Assembly (NCBI RefSeq): GCF_000020385.1
Contig: NC_010814.1
Span: 390,001-422,000, forward strand
Direction: 5' to 3'
Source: Trichlorobacter lovleyi SZ
GTDB taxonomy: Bacteria; Desulfobacterota; Desulfuromonadia; Geobacterales; Pseudopelobacteraceae
Length of the DNA stretch: 32,000 nt
Part shown: piece by piece, positions 16,734 through 25,895 of the stretch
How positions within the stretch are numbered: the stretch's first letter is position 1
Layout of the letters: each line of letters begins with the position of its first letter
Made by a program: the position numbers and the translations under genes
Notes under the pieces: generated by a model
What the model was told of the DNA's origin: nothing
Seen by the model: the letters and a program-made list of their open reading frames with translations, nothing else
Databases searched by the model: none

Positions 16734-17158
16734 TGCAGTGCATCCAGCCGCAGGGCAAAGGTCAGATCACATCCCGCCAGGGGGTGATTACCATCCAGCG
16801 TTACTTCCTTCTGATCCGCCTCCAGAATCACCAATATCCGCTCTCTGCCGCCGCTGAATTCAATCCGCAGCTTTTCACCGATCCGCAGCTCCCGTTCAGC
16901 CGGAAACATCTCCCGCTTCACCTTGATGATATTGGCATCAAGGCGCGGCCCGTAGGCCTCTGCCGCAGGGATCAGGATATTCTTGGTCTCGCCCGCAGCC
17001 ATGCCGATGATGGCCTGTTCCAGCGCAGAAAAGACCTGGTCATTGCCGATGGTAAAGGTTAACGGGCCGCTGGTTTCGGTGCTGTCGAAGATCCGGCCGG
17101 TATCCAGGGTGCCGATATAACTGACCGTCACCGTACTGCCGTGTCGGGCCTGTTTCAT
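16730..17158 (-). CDS. FKBP-type peptidyl-prolyl isomerase, SlyD-like (no metal-binding tail)
   Basis: [18 protein letters not shown]...[21 protein letters not shown] and C-terminal [18 protein letters not shown] are present. ATG 17158 has GGAG 8 nt upstream. ATGA overlaps join it to both neighbours. Confidence 0.75.
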   Translation of the reverse strand: MKQARHGSTVTVSYIGTLDTGRIFDSTETSGPLTFTIGNDQVFSALEQAIIGMAAGETKNILIPAAEAYGPRLDANIIKVKREMFPAERELRIGEKLRIEFSGGRERILVILEADQKEVTLDGNHPLAGCDLTFALRLDALQ

Positions 17159-17478
17159 AGAGGTGTCTCCTTGTCTGGTTTTGGGCAGCCGCAGGCTCCG
17201 CAACTGCAGATCCGCCGGCCGCACCTGCTGCAGGCGGGGTTTTGGGGGTCCCGTCCGTCAACCGTCCTGCCGCAGGACGGACAGCTGTAGCGGTAGAAGG
17301 CAAAGCCGCAGTTGCAGCAGTACCGCATGCCGTCGGCATCCGGTTTGTCTGCGATATGTATTGATTCGCAGATCAGGCAGACCGAGGCCATCTCCGGGCA
17401 GTTTCTGATGCCGTCCCGCTGGGAACGGTACTTCCTGAACAGCCGTTTACCCTCTGCGCGGTCAATGGGTAGTGCCAT
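17155..17478 (-). CDS. Cys-rich (14 Cys in 107 aa) zinc-ribbon-like protein, function unknown
   Basis: ATG 17478 is preceded by GGAGG. It carries the CxxC pairs CLIC, CCNC, CPSC, CSRC and CSCGACGC. It is translationally coupled to the downstream FKBP gene. Confidence 0.5.
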   Translation of the reverse strand: MALPIDRAEGKRLFRKYRSQRDGIRNCPEMASVCLICESIHIADKPDADGMRYCCNCGFAFYRYSCPSCGRTVDGRDPQNPACSRCGRRICSCGACGCPKPDKETPL

Positions 17479-17508
17479 GGTCCCTCCTCGGGTCGGATGC
17501 AGACCTCC

Positions 17509-17525
17509 ATGCAACTTTGCTGCCG
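17509..17525 (-). promoter_or_regulatory. Sigma-54 promoter (CGGCAG-N5-TTGCAT) for the Cys-rich/FKBP/cowN operon
   Basis: The minus strand reads cggcagcaaagttgcat. GG-N10-GC spacing is correct and the -12 TTGCAT is perfect. It lies about 30 nt upstream of ATG 17478. Confidence 0.45.
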
Positions 17526-17612
17526 TGTCGCGCTTAAGGTTTGGCATGCCTGATGAATACAACACCAATAGCTGCACAAATATGCGGTAAAACGAGTAGA
17601 AGGGTGAAGACA

Positions 17613-18182
17613 ATGCATACAAAAGAGGCAACGGTGCCGCTATCTACATCAGGAACAGCTCTCAAATATCTGGGGATGCGGCGTTATCAGCTGACGATGG
17701 AGGGGCGTTTTGATCCGGGCTGGATCTGTGGACTCAGTCATGGCCTGGCACAGCGCAAGGTCAACATCACCAGGGTTGAGGCGGCACGCGGCATCGGCAG
17801 AAACTGGCAGTCCTGCCTTGACCTGGATTTCGGTGCTGCTGTACTGGCGCCTGATGCAATTGATTATCTGGCGCTCAGCAAGTCGAACGCGACTGTCCAG
17901 GCGTTGGCAGAACCGATTGCGCTGGATGATTACCAGCTTGAACGTTCAACCAGATGTGAGGGCAGTCTCTACCTGGAGGCAAACGGCCCCGACCGGCTCG
18001 GGGTCCTGTCGGCACTCTTGAACACCTTCAGCCTGTTTTCGCTCTTTCCGGCCGAGATGCTGGCGGAAACCAAAAACAAGCGGATCTTTGACCGTTTCTG
18101 GCTGAAGGGGATGGGCGGCAGCGCGCCATCACGGGAGGCCGTAGCGGCTCTGCGGGAACGGATGCAGGAATTTACGCTGTGA
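17613..18182 (+). CDS. Hypothetical protein, possibly tandem ACT-like regulatory domains
   Basis: 189 aa from ATG 17613. Segments such as LYLEANGPDRLGVLSALLNTFSLFSLF resemble ACT-domain beta-alpha-beta starts. This is a weak call. Confidence 0.4.
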   Translation: MHTKEATVPLSTSGTALKYLGMRRYQLTMEGRFDPGWICGLSHGLAQRKVNITRVEAARGIGRNWQSCLDLDFGAAVLAPDAIDYLALSKSNATVQALAEPIALDDYQLERSTRCEGSLYLEANGPDRLGVLSALLNTFSLFSLFPAEMLAETKNKRIFDRFWLKGMGGSAPSREAVAALRERMQEFTL

Positions 18183-18202
18183 CGGGGGAGAGGTTCTGAG
18201 GC

Positions 18203-18243
18203 GGCTGTCTGATCAATGCAGCATCTGTGCTGATCAGACAGCC
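18203..18243. terminator. Bidirectional hairpin between convergent genes
   Basis: ggctgtctgatca-N15-tgatcagacagcc forms a perfect 13-bp stem. There is no strong T-run. Confidence 0.45.
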
Positions 18244-18266
18244 TGACTGCAACAGCAGCGGGCCGA

Positions 18267-18605
18267 TCAGGCCTTTTTGACAAACTCCGATTTCAACCCC
18301 ATGGAACCGAACCCGTCAATCCTGCAATCGATATCATGATCGCCATCCACAATGCGGATGTTTCTGACCTTGGTGCCGACCTTGACCGGTGCTGACGCCC
18401 CCTTGACCTTCAGGTCCTTGATCACGGTCACGCTATCGCCATCCTTCAGCTCTGTGCCAAAGGCATCCCGCACCACCCGCGCCGCAACCGCCTCCTCTGC
18501 CGCAACAACCGGCCATTCATGGGCGCACTCCGGGCAGACATAGTTATCGCCGTCCTCGTAGGTGTAGCTGGAACTGCAGGACGGGCATTTCGGTAATTCA
18601 CTCAT
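18267..18605 (-). CDS. phnA: PhnA/YjdM zinc-ribbon protein
   Basis: [31 protein letters not shown] plus C-terminal [15 protein letters not shown]...[20 protein letters not shown] is the canonical PhnA sequence. Confidence 0.85.
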   Translation of the reverse strand: MSELPKCPSCSSSYTYEDGDNYVCPECAHEWPVVAAEEAVAARVVRDAFGTELKDGDSVTVIKDLKVKGASAPVKVGTKVRNIRIVDGDHDIDCRIDGFGSMGLKSEFVKKA

Positions 18606-18659
18606 TGCTGGTTTCCTTTTCTATTTTTTGCTGCGGATACAGATTACATTACAAGCAGG

Positions 18660-19844
<1,185 letters not shown>

Positions 19845-20144
19845 ACGGTAACATCCTCCATGGGTAAAAATTCTTTGCAGTATGCATTACATAGTCTGGC
19901 GATGGGAACGGATTTTTACTGGACCGGCCAGTTCAGGTCAACGCCCCGCAGCCTGGGCGGCAGCCCTGACAACGTTATATACTGGCCGCTCTAGGGTCTG
20001 TAAAGATAACTATTGCCGTTTATCGCATCTTCATGGGGTTAGGCAGGTTGGCATGAGGTGGGTAGACAAGGCTGGTAACAAGGGGAATTGGCCCGCCGGA
20101 CGGCCTGATTGCCTAATTATCATGGTCTGAGCGCGTGTTAGGCA

Positions 20145-20681
20145 TCATCTGCTTTGAGTGTGCAACTTCTCAAGCGGATTAAGATAGAACATCCTCTCAA
20201 ATCCATATTTTTCTGCCTTAAAAAGCCACGGGTAGGGAATTTGAGTGATGATTGCGTAATGGAGGTGGGGCGCTTTACCCGCTGCGTTCCCTGTCGCGCC
20301 TACCGTGCCAATGACGCTGCCTTTGCTGACAAAGGCGCCACTCGTAACGTGTACCGTTTTCAGGTGCGCGTAGTAATGAACCCGCCATTTGGGGCCAAGT
20401 ATTGAAACAACATTACCACCGGCGGGGATATATCCGGCATTTACCACAAGCCCGGAACTGGCGGCAATCACCGGAGTTCCCTCCCTGGCAAAGATGTCGA
20501 TTCCCTTGTGTACTCCTGACGCGCCCCATGGACTGAACCAGAAGCTTTTTGCGTTCCAGTCTGCTTTTGTAGCGCCTTGTACCGGGATCATCAGACGTTC
20601 AGGCACGAGCAAACCGCAGCTGATAAGAATCACCGCAATAACTGCCAACGTGCCAAGAATTTTTATGCCGGATCGTTTCAT
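20145..20681 (-). CDS. M23 family metallopeptidase with an N-terminal membrane anchor
   Basis: HKGIDIFA (HxxxD) and PHLHYAI (HxH) motifs are present, along with the N-terminal TM helix ILGTLAVIAVILISCGLLV. GC content is lower than in the flanking core genes. Confidence 0.8.
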   Translation of the reverse strand: MKRSGIKILGTLAVIAVILISCGLLVPERLMIPVQGATKADWNAKSFWFSPWGASGVHKGIDIFAREGTPVIAASSGLVVNAGYIPAGGNVVSILGPKWRVHYYAHLKTVHVTSGAFVSKGSVIGTVGATGNAAGKAPHLHYAIITQIPYPWLFKAEKYGFERMFYLNPLEKLHTQSR

Positions 20682-20705
20682 GGTTGCCTGCTGGCCGAGG
20701 TTTTA

Positions 20706-21434
20706 TCAGTCTTCCAGGAGAGTAGGGAGGAGCTTCTTGTAGTTGTTCAAGAAACTTCTTGTTATTGAAAAATGTTCCGTCTCCTCGTAAGAAATCTCAG
20801 ATATTCCATGCTCGTCCAAATGTAGAATCTTTGCATCGGGGTAAGACAGTAGAATAGGTGAATGGGTTGCAATTATGAATTGCGATTCTTTTTTGACTAA
20901 TTGATGAATTGCCGAGATTGCCGCCATTTGTCGCGTTGGCGATAGTGCGGCCTCTGGCTCGTCAAAAATATAAAGGCCTTTCCCTCTGAGCTTCAGCGTG
21001 AGCGCGGCCATAAAAGCCTCGCCGTGTGAACGTTCATGGAGCAATTTGTCCCCATAACCGGAAGTAATGCCACCAACCTGATCCATATATGTTGCAACGT
21101 TATAAAAACTTTCAGCACGAAGAAAGTAATAGTCCTTTGGTGTTGCAAAACTCCGAATAGTTTTTAAATACCGGTGAAGTGTTGATATTGTGTCCGCTGT
21201 TGCGAGGTTGAAATTCCGTGTTCCACCCTCAGAACTGAATCCCATCGCCAGAGCTATTGATTCGATAAGTGTAGATTTTCCAGCACCATTTTCGCCGACG
21301 AAGAATGTCACACCGGAATGGAATTGAAGTGTATTGATATTCCGAATTGCAGGAATGTTGAATGGATACTTATCCCAATCCGTAATCATATCTTCCTTCA
21401 GCGAGATTGCTTTCAGATATGGTCTTGCCTGCAT
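20706..21434 (-). CDS. Stand-alone ABC/SMC-like AAA ATPase (COG3910-type predicted ATPase)
   Basis: Walker A GENGAGKST, signature-like SHGEAF, Walker B LYIFDEPEAALSP and H-loop ATHSP are present. There is no TM or substrate domain. The gene is markedly AT-richer than the core genome. Confidence 0.75.
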   Translation of the reverse strand: MQARPYLKAISLKEDMITDWDKYPFNIPAIRNINTLQFHSGVTFFVGENGAGKSTLIESIALAMGFSSEGGTRNFNLATADTISTLHRYLKTIRSFATPKDYYFLRAESFYNVATYMDQVGGITSGYGDKLLHERSHGEAFMAALTLKLRGKGLYIFDEPEAALSPTRQMAAISAIHQLVKKESQFIIATHSPILLSYPDAKILHLDEHGISEISYEETEHFSITRSFLNNYKKLLPTLLED

Positions 21435-21457
21435 TGGCGTCTCTCTACGTTTTGGCT

Positions 21458-21916
21458 TTAACGGTGCGGTTGGATCTTCGTCTTCTTCAGTTTGAACTTG
21501 TGGCCTTCGAACATTCGGAAAGCCTCCTCTGATACTTCATCAAGTGAAACCTTGATTGTTGTGATGTCATCAGGCGCAGCTTCCTCCCATCGGTCGACCA
21601 AGTCCACTTGGCAACCAGACTCCAATAGGTCATTCAGAGCTTGATACAATTGGCGTGTTGCATCAAGTTCGTCTTTCTCCTCCTGATACCAATCTTCAGG
21701 TTTCGAGAAGCCAAGCTCGACGGACTCGACATAAAGGTGCCGGAAAGTGCAACCACAGCCGGTTTTTGAACCAACTTCCCACTTGTTTGGGAATTCAAGA
21801 ACTGAAAGGCATGGGTCCGATTCCGGATTTGTCACCTTCTCAAACCGAACAAGCTCGGTGTTACGGTCGGTCAGGTCAGTTGAGCTGTCAGTTGAGATAT
21901 GAACCATGTAGCACAT
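21458..21916 (-). CDS. Hypothetical protein (152 aa; the ORF could extend to 21943)
   Basis: ATG 21916 has AAGGA 7 nt upstream. A conserved-looking core WEVGSKTGCGCTFRH...PEDWYQEE is present. I recognise no domain. Confidence 0.5.
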   Translation of the reverse strand: MCYMVHISTDSSTDLTDRNTELVRFEKVTNPESDPCLSVLEFPNKWEVGSKTGCGCTFRHLYVESVELGFSKPEDWYQEEKDELDATRQLYQALNDLLESGCQVDLVDRWEEAAPDDITTIKVSLDEVSEEAFRMFEGHKFKLKKTKIQPHR

Positions 21917-21992
21917 CTGTTTATCCTTATGATCCAACGTCATAAGCCTGACCGGCCATCAGGCAGGTCGTGGCGCTGGTTGAAAGCTGTCG

Positions 21993-22625
21993 TCACGGAG
22001 AAACTCGTACCATGAACTCAATTACAGACTGAATCATGTTTGAAACCTGATCTTTTGTGTATTCCTGAAAATGGCCATGAGCAGCCTTATTTCTAAGGTC
22101 AAGCCACATAGTTACTGCCTTTTGGTCTAATTTTGAATAAACTTCTGCCTTAGCTAAATCTGAGTTTAAGCGATCAGCTTTCTTTGGACGCAATACGCCG
22201 TCTGTTTCAACCTCGATTTCTACTCCATTGCTTATTGCCAACTGACGTAAATGCTCCTCCAGAACACTTCCAGCAATTACTGCTGCAGGATCTTTGTAAT
22301 TCTGTGAGAGCAGATGCTGAGCCATTTCAATAAAATCCGAGAATATTTCAGCCGAGATCAAGCCCTTTAAGCTAAATAGCCAACCACCAGATATTTCCCT
22401 TTTTATTGAAGTTAATATTGCAATGCCAACTTCAGCGTCATGTTTATCAGTTCCATCTGCTGCCTTATGAAACTCAAGATAATGTGAATGATCTTTTCCA
22501 TATACTCTTTCAATGAAAGACAAGGCTGCAGATCTAAAGCCCTTCATGGCACCAGTATCTACCCATCCCCAGCCACTTCCGTCGCTTCTGTATGTCCTAC
22601 GAACCTCTTCTCCTTGTTGAATCAA
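21993..22625 (-). CDS. HEPN-like (DUF4145/Abi-type) protein with an Rx4H motif, probably 5'-truncated
   Basis: The C-terminal helical region ends in WLDLRNKAAHGH (R178-x4-H183, coded at 22077-22094). The first possible start is a TTG without an RBS, and the frame stays open a further 24 codons upstream, to the stop at 22698-22700 about 50 nt from the IS110 transposase ATG. Confidence 0.45.
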   Translation of the reverse strand: MIQQGEEVRRTYRSDGSGWGWVDTGAMKGFRSAALSFIERVYGKDHSHYLEFHKAADGTDKHDAEVGIAILTSIKREISGGWLFSLKGLISAEIFSDFIEMAQHLLSQNYKDPAAVIAGSVLEEHLRQLAISNGVEIEVETDGVLRPKKADRLNSDLAKAEVYSKLDQKAVTMWLDLRNKAAHGHFQEYTKDQVSNMIQSVIEFMVRVSP

Positions 22626-22751
22626 CTGATCAATTCGAACTACTAGCCATAATGGCTGCCAGTTGAAATAAGTAGACCTGCCCCTTGCACACGTGGGTTA
22701 AGCTGAGAATGTGAGATTCACAGCACAGAGCCACAACCAAGGAGGCAGGTC

Positions 22752-23861
22752 ATGGAAAAGTGTATCACGTATGTCGGGCTTGATGTTCACAAAAACTCCA
22801 TAGATGTCGCTTTGGCCGATGAAGGCCGTGACAAGGAAGTCCGTTACTACGGCACTATTGACGGCAGTCTTGATGCATTGGACAAAGTTCTCAGAAAACT
22901 GGTTTCTCGTGGTACCGAACTTCGATTCGTCTATGAAGCTGGCCCGTGCGGTTATGACATCTATCGGCACCTAACCCGTAAGGGTTTTGATTGTATCGTG
23001 GTTGCCCCTTCTTTGATTCCCAAGAAGAGCGGCAGCCGAATAAAGAATGATCGGCGTGATGCCGAGATGCTGGCCCGTCTGCACCGAGCAGGCGAACTGA
23101 CTCCGGTCTATGTTCCGCGCATCGAAGATGAGGCAATGCGCGACCTCTGCAGGGCCCGTATCGATGCAAAGAATGCTGAGCGAAAGGCCCGTCAGCAATT
23201 GAATGCATTTCTGCTGCGCAGCGGCTTCCGCTATAGCGGCAAAACACTCTGGAGTCTTGCCCATTGGCGTTGGATCTCCGACATACACATGACGCATTCC
23301 GCACAGCAGATCACCCTGCAGGAGTATGTGGATGCAGTCAGATCGAACACAGAGCGCGTTGATAGGATCACGGAACAGATTTGCCTGCTTGCTGCAGAAT
23401 GGCGACTTGGTCCGGTTGTCGAAGCGCTCCAAGCTCTGCGGGGAGTCTCTCTGGTAGTTGCCTCAACCACCGTTGCTGAGCTTGGTGACTTGAGTCGCTT
23501 TGACAATCCCCGACATCTGATGGCGTATCTGGGGCTTGTACCTTCAGAACACTCAAGTGGAGAGTCAACACAGCGAGGCGGTATAACCAAGACTGGCAAT
23601 GGACATGCACGCCGAATGCTGGTCGAAGCTGCCTGGTCGTATCGGTTGCCGGCACGGGTTAGCAGGCGACTTCGAGACCGACAACAGAATCTGCCGCAAG
23701 CGGTATGGGAGATTGCCTGGAAGGCACAGCTCAGACTTTGCGCCCGCTACAAACGACTTGTTACCAAAGGCAAGCAGGCACAGGTAGTCATTACCGCCAT
23801 TGCCAGAGAACTGTCCGCATTCATGTGGGCTATAGCCCAAGCAGTACCAGTCGCATCGTAA
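22752..23861 (+). CDS. IS110 family transposase (DEDD recombinase)
   Basis: N-terminal YVGLDVHKNSI, then FVYEAGPCGY, KNDRRDAEMLARL and C-terminal LRGVSLVVASTTVAELGDLSRFDNPRHLMAYLGLVPSEHSSGES are present. RBS AAGGAGG lies upstream. Confidence 0.9.
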   Translation: MEKCITYVGLDVHKNSIDVALADEGRDKEVRYYGTIDGSLDALDKVLRKLVSRGTELRFVYEAGPCGYDIYRHLTRKGFDCIVVAPSLIPKKSGSRIKNDRRDAEMLARLHRAGELTPVYVPRIEDEAMRDLCRARIDAKNAERKARQQLNAFLLRSGFRYSGKTLWSLAHWRWISDIHMTHSAQQITLQEYVDAVRSNTERVDRITEQICLLAAEWRLGPVVEALQALRGVSLVVASTTVAELGDLSRFDNPRHLMAYLGLVPSEHSSGESTQRGGITKTGNGHARRMLVEAAWSYRLPARVSRRLRDRQQNLPQAVWEIAWKAQLRLCARYKRLVTKGKQAQVVITAIARELSAFMWAIAQAVPVAS

Positions 23862-24045
23862 CCAGATTTCAAAGAACATGATTCAGTTTCTGTCCACAGA
23901 GGTTGCGGCCAAGGTACCGGAGAATCCTCGGGCCTGTTATGGGATAAGGCATCAAGCCGAACTCCCGGCTCTAGCGAGAGGCAGCTCCACGACGTAGGCA
24001 AGACATGCGGTAACCAACCCGCGAATATCAGCGTGATCTACCGTC
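23862..24045 (+). ncRNA. Candidate IS110/IS1111-type guide (bridge/seek) RNA region in the 3' non-coding tail of the element
   Basis: At least 184 nt of non-coding sequence follow the recombinase stop, with local hairpins (e.g. ctct-agcg-agag). The call is based only on position and the known biology of the family. I could not fold or model it. Confidence 0.25.
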
Positions 24046-24135
24046 GTTGAAAAAGGCCCCGTACCTCTGGGACAGAAATTTAAAAGATCAAAAGGGGCAG
24101 AATATTTTAGGCTTGAAACTGTCAGCCATATCAAC

Positions 24136-24174
24136 AGGCTGTTGAAATTGAAGTAGTAAAAACAGCCTTTTTTT
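24136..24174 (+). terminator. Terminator-like hairpin upstream of the IS5 transposase gene
   Basis: aggctgtt-N17-aacagcct is followed by ttttttt. It would block read-through into the transposase gene. Confidence 0.45.
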
Positions 24175-24218
24175 AGTATATTTGTGCGCACAACACTCCG
24201 GTTTGATTGAGGAAAGTT

Positions 24219-25301
24219 ATGCGCGGAACTGATGTCCAGAATGAAGCTCTTTTTGCCTATGTGACGCCTGAGTCATTTGTACCCAAGGATCATCCCCTGC
24301 GTGCTATTCGCAGTATGGCTGATCAGGCACTTTCCGAGATGAGCCCGCTCTTTGACAGCATGTATGCCGATTCCGGTCGTTCTTCCATTGCCCCGGAGAA
24401 GCTGCTGAAAGCACAACTGCTGATGATACTGTTCAGCATCCGCAGTAACCGGCAACTGGTAGAGCAGATCCGCTACAACTTCCTGTACCGCTGGTTCCTT
24501 GGCATGGGACTGGATGATGAAATCTGGGATCACTCCAGCTTCACTAAGAACCATGAACGGTTAATTGGCTCTGATGTGGCCGCAGAGTTTCTATCCCGTA
24601 TCCTTGCTCAGGCAGAGCGCAAGCGTCTCCTGTCCCGAGAGCACTTCACCGTTGACGGCACCTTGATTGAGGCATGGGCCTCCATCAAGAGCTTCAAGCC
24701 CAAAGACGGTCCGCCATCTGCCGGTGGTGGCAAAAATAAATCAGTTGATTTCAAAGGCAAACAACTCAAAAACGACACTCATTCTTCCAGCACTGATCCA
24801 AACGCCAGACTGTACCGCAAGGGCAACACCAAAGAGGCCAAGCTCTGCTACCAGGGACACACCTTGATGGAGAATAGAAACGGTCTGATCGTCAAGACCA
24901 GCGTCACCACGGCAACCGGTACCGGAGAGCGTGAAGCCGCCAAGGCCATGATCAGACAATTGCCTCGTACTACCCGGCGTATCACCGTCGGTGCAGACAA
25001 AGGATACGACACCGAAGGCTTTGTCAAAGAGCTCAGGCAAATCAACGTCACGCCGCATGTGGCTCAGAACAACACCAGAAGGAAATCAGGCATTGATGGC
25101 AGAACCACCGCTCATCCGAATTACAGCATAAGCCAAAGGATCAGAAAACGGATCGAGGAAGGCTTTGGCTGGATGAAGACCATCGGCAGACTGAGAAAGA
25201 CCATGTATCGAGGCATTGAGAAGATTGCCTGGCAGCTTGATCTCCATGCAGCGGCCTACAACCTGGTACGCATGAAAAACCTGGGGCTCGGTGTCACCTG
25301 A
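24219..25301 (+). CDS. IS5 family transposase (InsH-type N-terminal domain plus DDE domain)
   Basis: HPLRAIR...APEKLLKAQLLMILFSIRSNRQLVEQIRYNFLYRWFLGM is the transposase InsH N-domain. C-terminal GADKGYD and RKRIEEGFGWMK are DDE_Tnp motifs. ATG 24219 follows gaggaaag. Confidence 0.85.
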   Translation: MRGTDVQNEALFAYVTPESFVPKDHPLRAIRSMADQALSEMSPLFDSMYADSGRSSIAPEKLLKAQLLMILFSIRSNRQLVEQIRYNFLYRWFLGMGLDDEIWDHSSFTKNHERLIGSDVAAEFLSRILAQAERKRLLSREHFTVDGTLIEAWASIKSFKPKDGPPSAGGGKNKSVDFKGKQLKNDTHSSSTDPNARLYRKGNTKEAKLCYQGHTLMENRNGLIVKTSVTTATGTGEREAAKAMIRQLPRTTRRITVGADKGYDTEGFVKELRQINVTPHVAQNNTRRKSGIDGRTTAHPNYSISQRIRKRIEEGFGWMKTIGRLRKTMYRGIEKIAWQLDLHAAAYNLVRMKNLGLGVT

Positions 25302-25646
25302 GAGCGGCAAATCGGCCTTGGGGTGCATCAAGCATAGGCAAATAAAGTTGAAAAAGAGCAACACAACCGAAAACAGCGACATCTGAACAGCGAAGCAAAC
25401 TTAAAAAATCAGCCGGCTGACTGGAACGGACTCAAATCGAGCCGATTTTCAACGACCTGCTAAGTCATTAACATTCATTTTTATTTCCTTTCAACTCGTT
25501 CTTGAGCTGTTCGCGCGCGTGAACCGCTCATCCCGTCAAATGGAATGTTTATACTGCGGTCATTCTGTACACCTTCTATAGATTTATATTGCTAATAAAT
25601 GGGCGTCATTCCGGCTTGTTATAAAAAACTGTAAAATTTCTTTACA

Positions 25647-25685
25647 CCCTGAAAAAACGAAAAACCCGCCTGAGGGGGCGGGTTT
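25647..25685 (-). terminator. Rho-independent terminator (minus strand)
   Basis: The minus strand reads aaacccgcc-ccctca-ggcgggttt and is followed by ttcgttttttc. It lies about 210 nt downstream of the EF-hand gene stop. Confidence 0.55.
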
Positions 25686-25895
25686 GGGGGCTACGATAGC
25701 GGTTTGGCATGTATGTGCCGGATTCGCATGGGCGATCCTTTGCTTTGTAATGAATAAAAGCCTGTATAAGCCGATTAGATGGCGTATGTCCAGAAAAAAT
25801 CAGCTGGCTGTGAAGCCGGGACAGACCGCAGTGCTCCCACGCAGGGACTGCGCTAAAACATTCCCACCCCTGTTTTGATTAGCAAAGCTGCAGCA

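Larger units (their letters stand above)
22700..24045 (+). mobile_element. IS110-family insertion sequence (boundaries approximate)
   Basis: It contains a DEDD-type transposase gene with a short 5' leader and a long 3' non-coding region. This family has no classical terminal inverted repeats, so I cannot fix the ends from sequence alone. Confidence 0.5.
24046..25458 (+). mobile_element. IS5-family insertion sequence (about 1.4 kb)
   Basis: An 11-bp perfect terminal inverted repeat GTCGTTGAAAA occurs at 24046-24056 (top strand) and 25448-25458 (bottom strand), bracketing the transposase gene with 173 and 157 nt spacers. CTA is present just outside both ends. An alternative weaker left end lies near 24133. 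Confidence 0.5.

Noticed and set aside
19973-19981. CGTTATATA, a half Mo-box, upstream of purT.
   Set aside because: No matching right half-site lies at the expected spacing. A single 9-mer is within chance expectation.
19845-20144. A possible purine/ZTP-type riboswitch in the 300-nt region upstream of purT.
   Set aside because: I read the minus strand by eye. A CCGCCCAGGC string is present, but the ZTP-type conserved blocks and their arrangement are not. No convincing conserved riboswitch core was found, and a covariance-model scan would be needed to say more.
22663-25458. Recurrence of GTTGAAA-containing strings at about 22663, 24046, 24140 and 25448-25458, which might mark multiple IS ends or a common target.
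   Set aside because: A 7-mer is expected about four times by chance in 64 kb of two-strand sequence, and more often in AT-richer DNA. Only the 11-bp perfect pair bracketing the IS5 transposase is positionally meaningful.
23952-25474. A reconstructed 34-aa ORF (MNVNDLDHADIRGLVTACLAYVVELPLARAGSSA), obtained by conceptually excising the IS5 element.
   Set aside because: It is in frame, but it is very short, has no recognisable features and may lie within the IS110 tail. There is insufficient evidence to call it a gene.
25686-25895. The long 3' region of the EF-hand gene with two hairpins (CGCAGT...ACTGCG and GGCT-tcac-AGCC) and a 64-aa plus-strand ORF (25684-25878). It could be an sRNA or a small protein.
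   Set aside because: The ORF has no RBS or family signature. The hairpins are short and could simply be part of a long 3' UTR ending at the 25647-25685 terminator.
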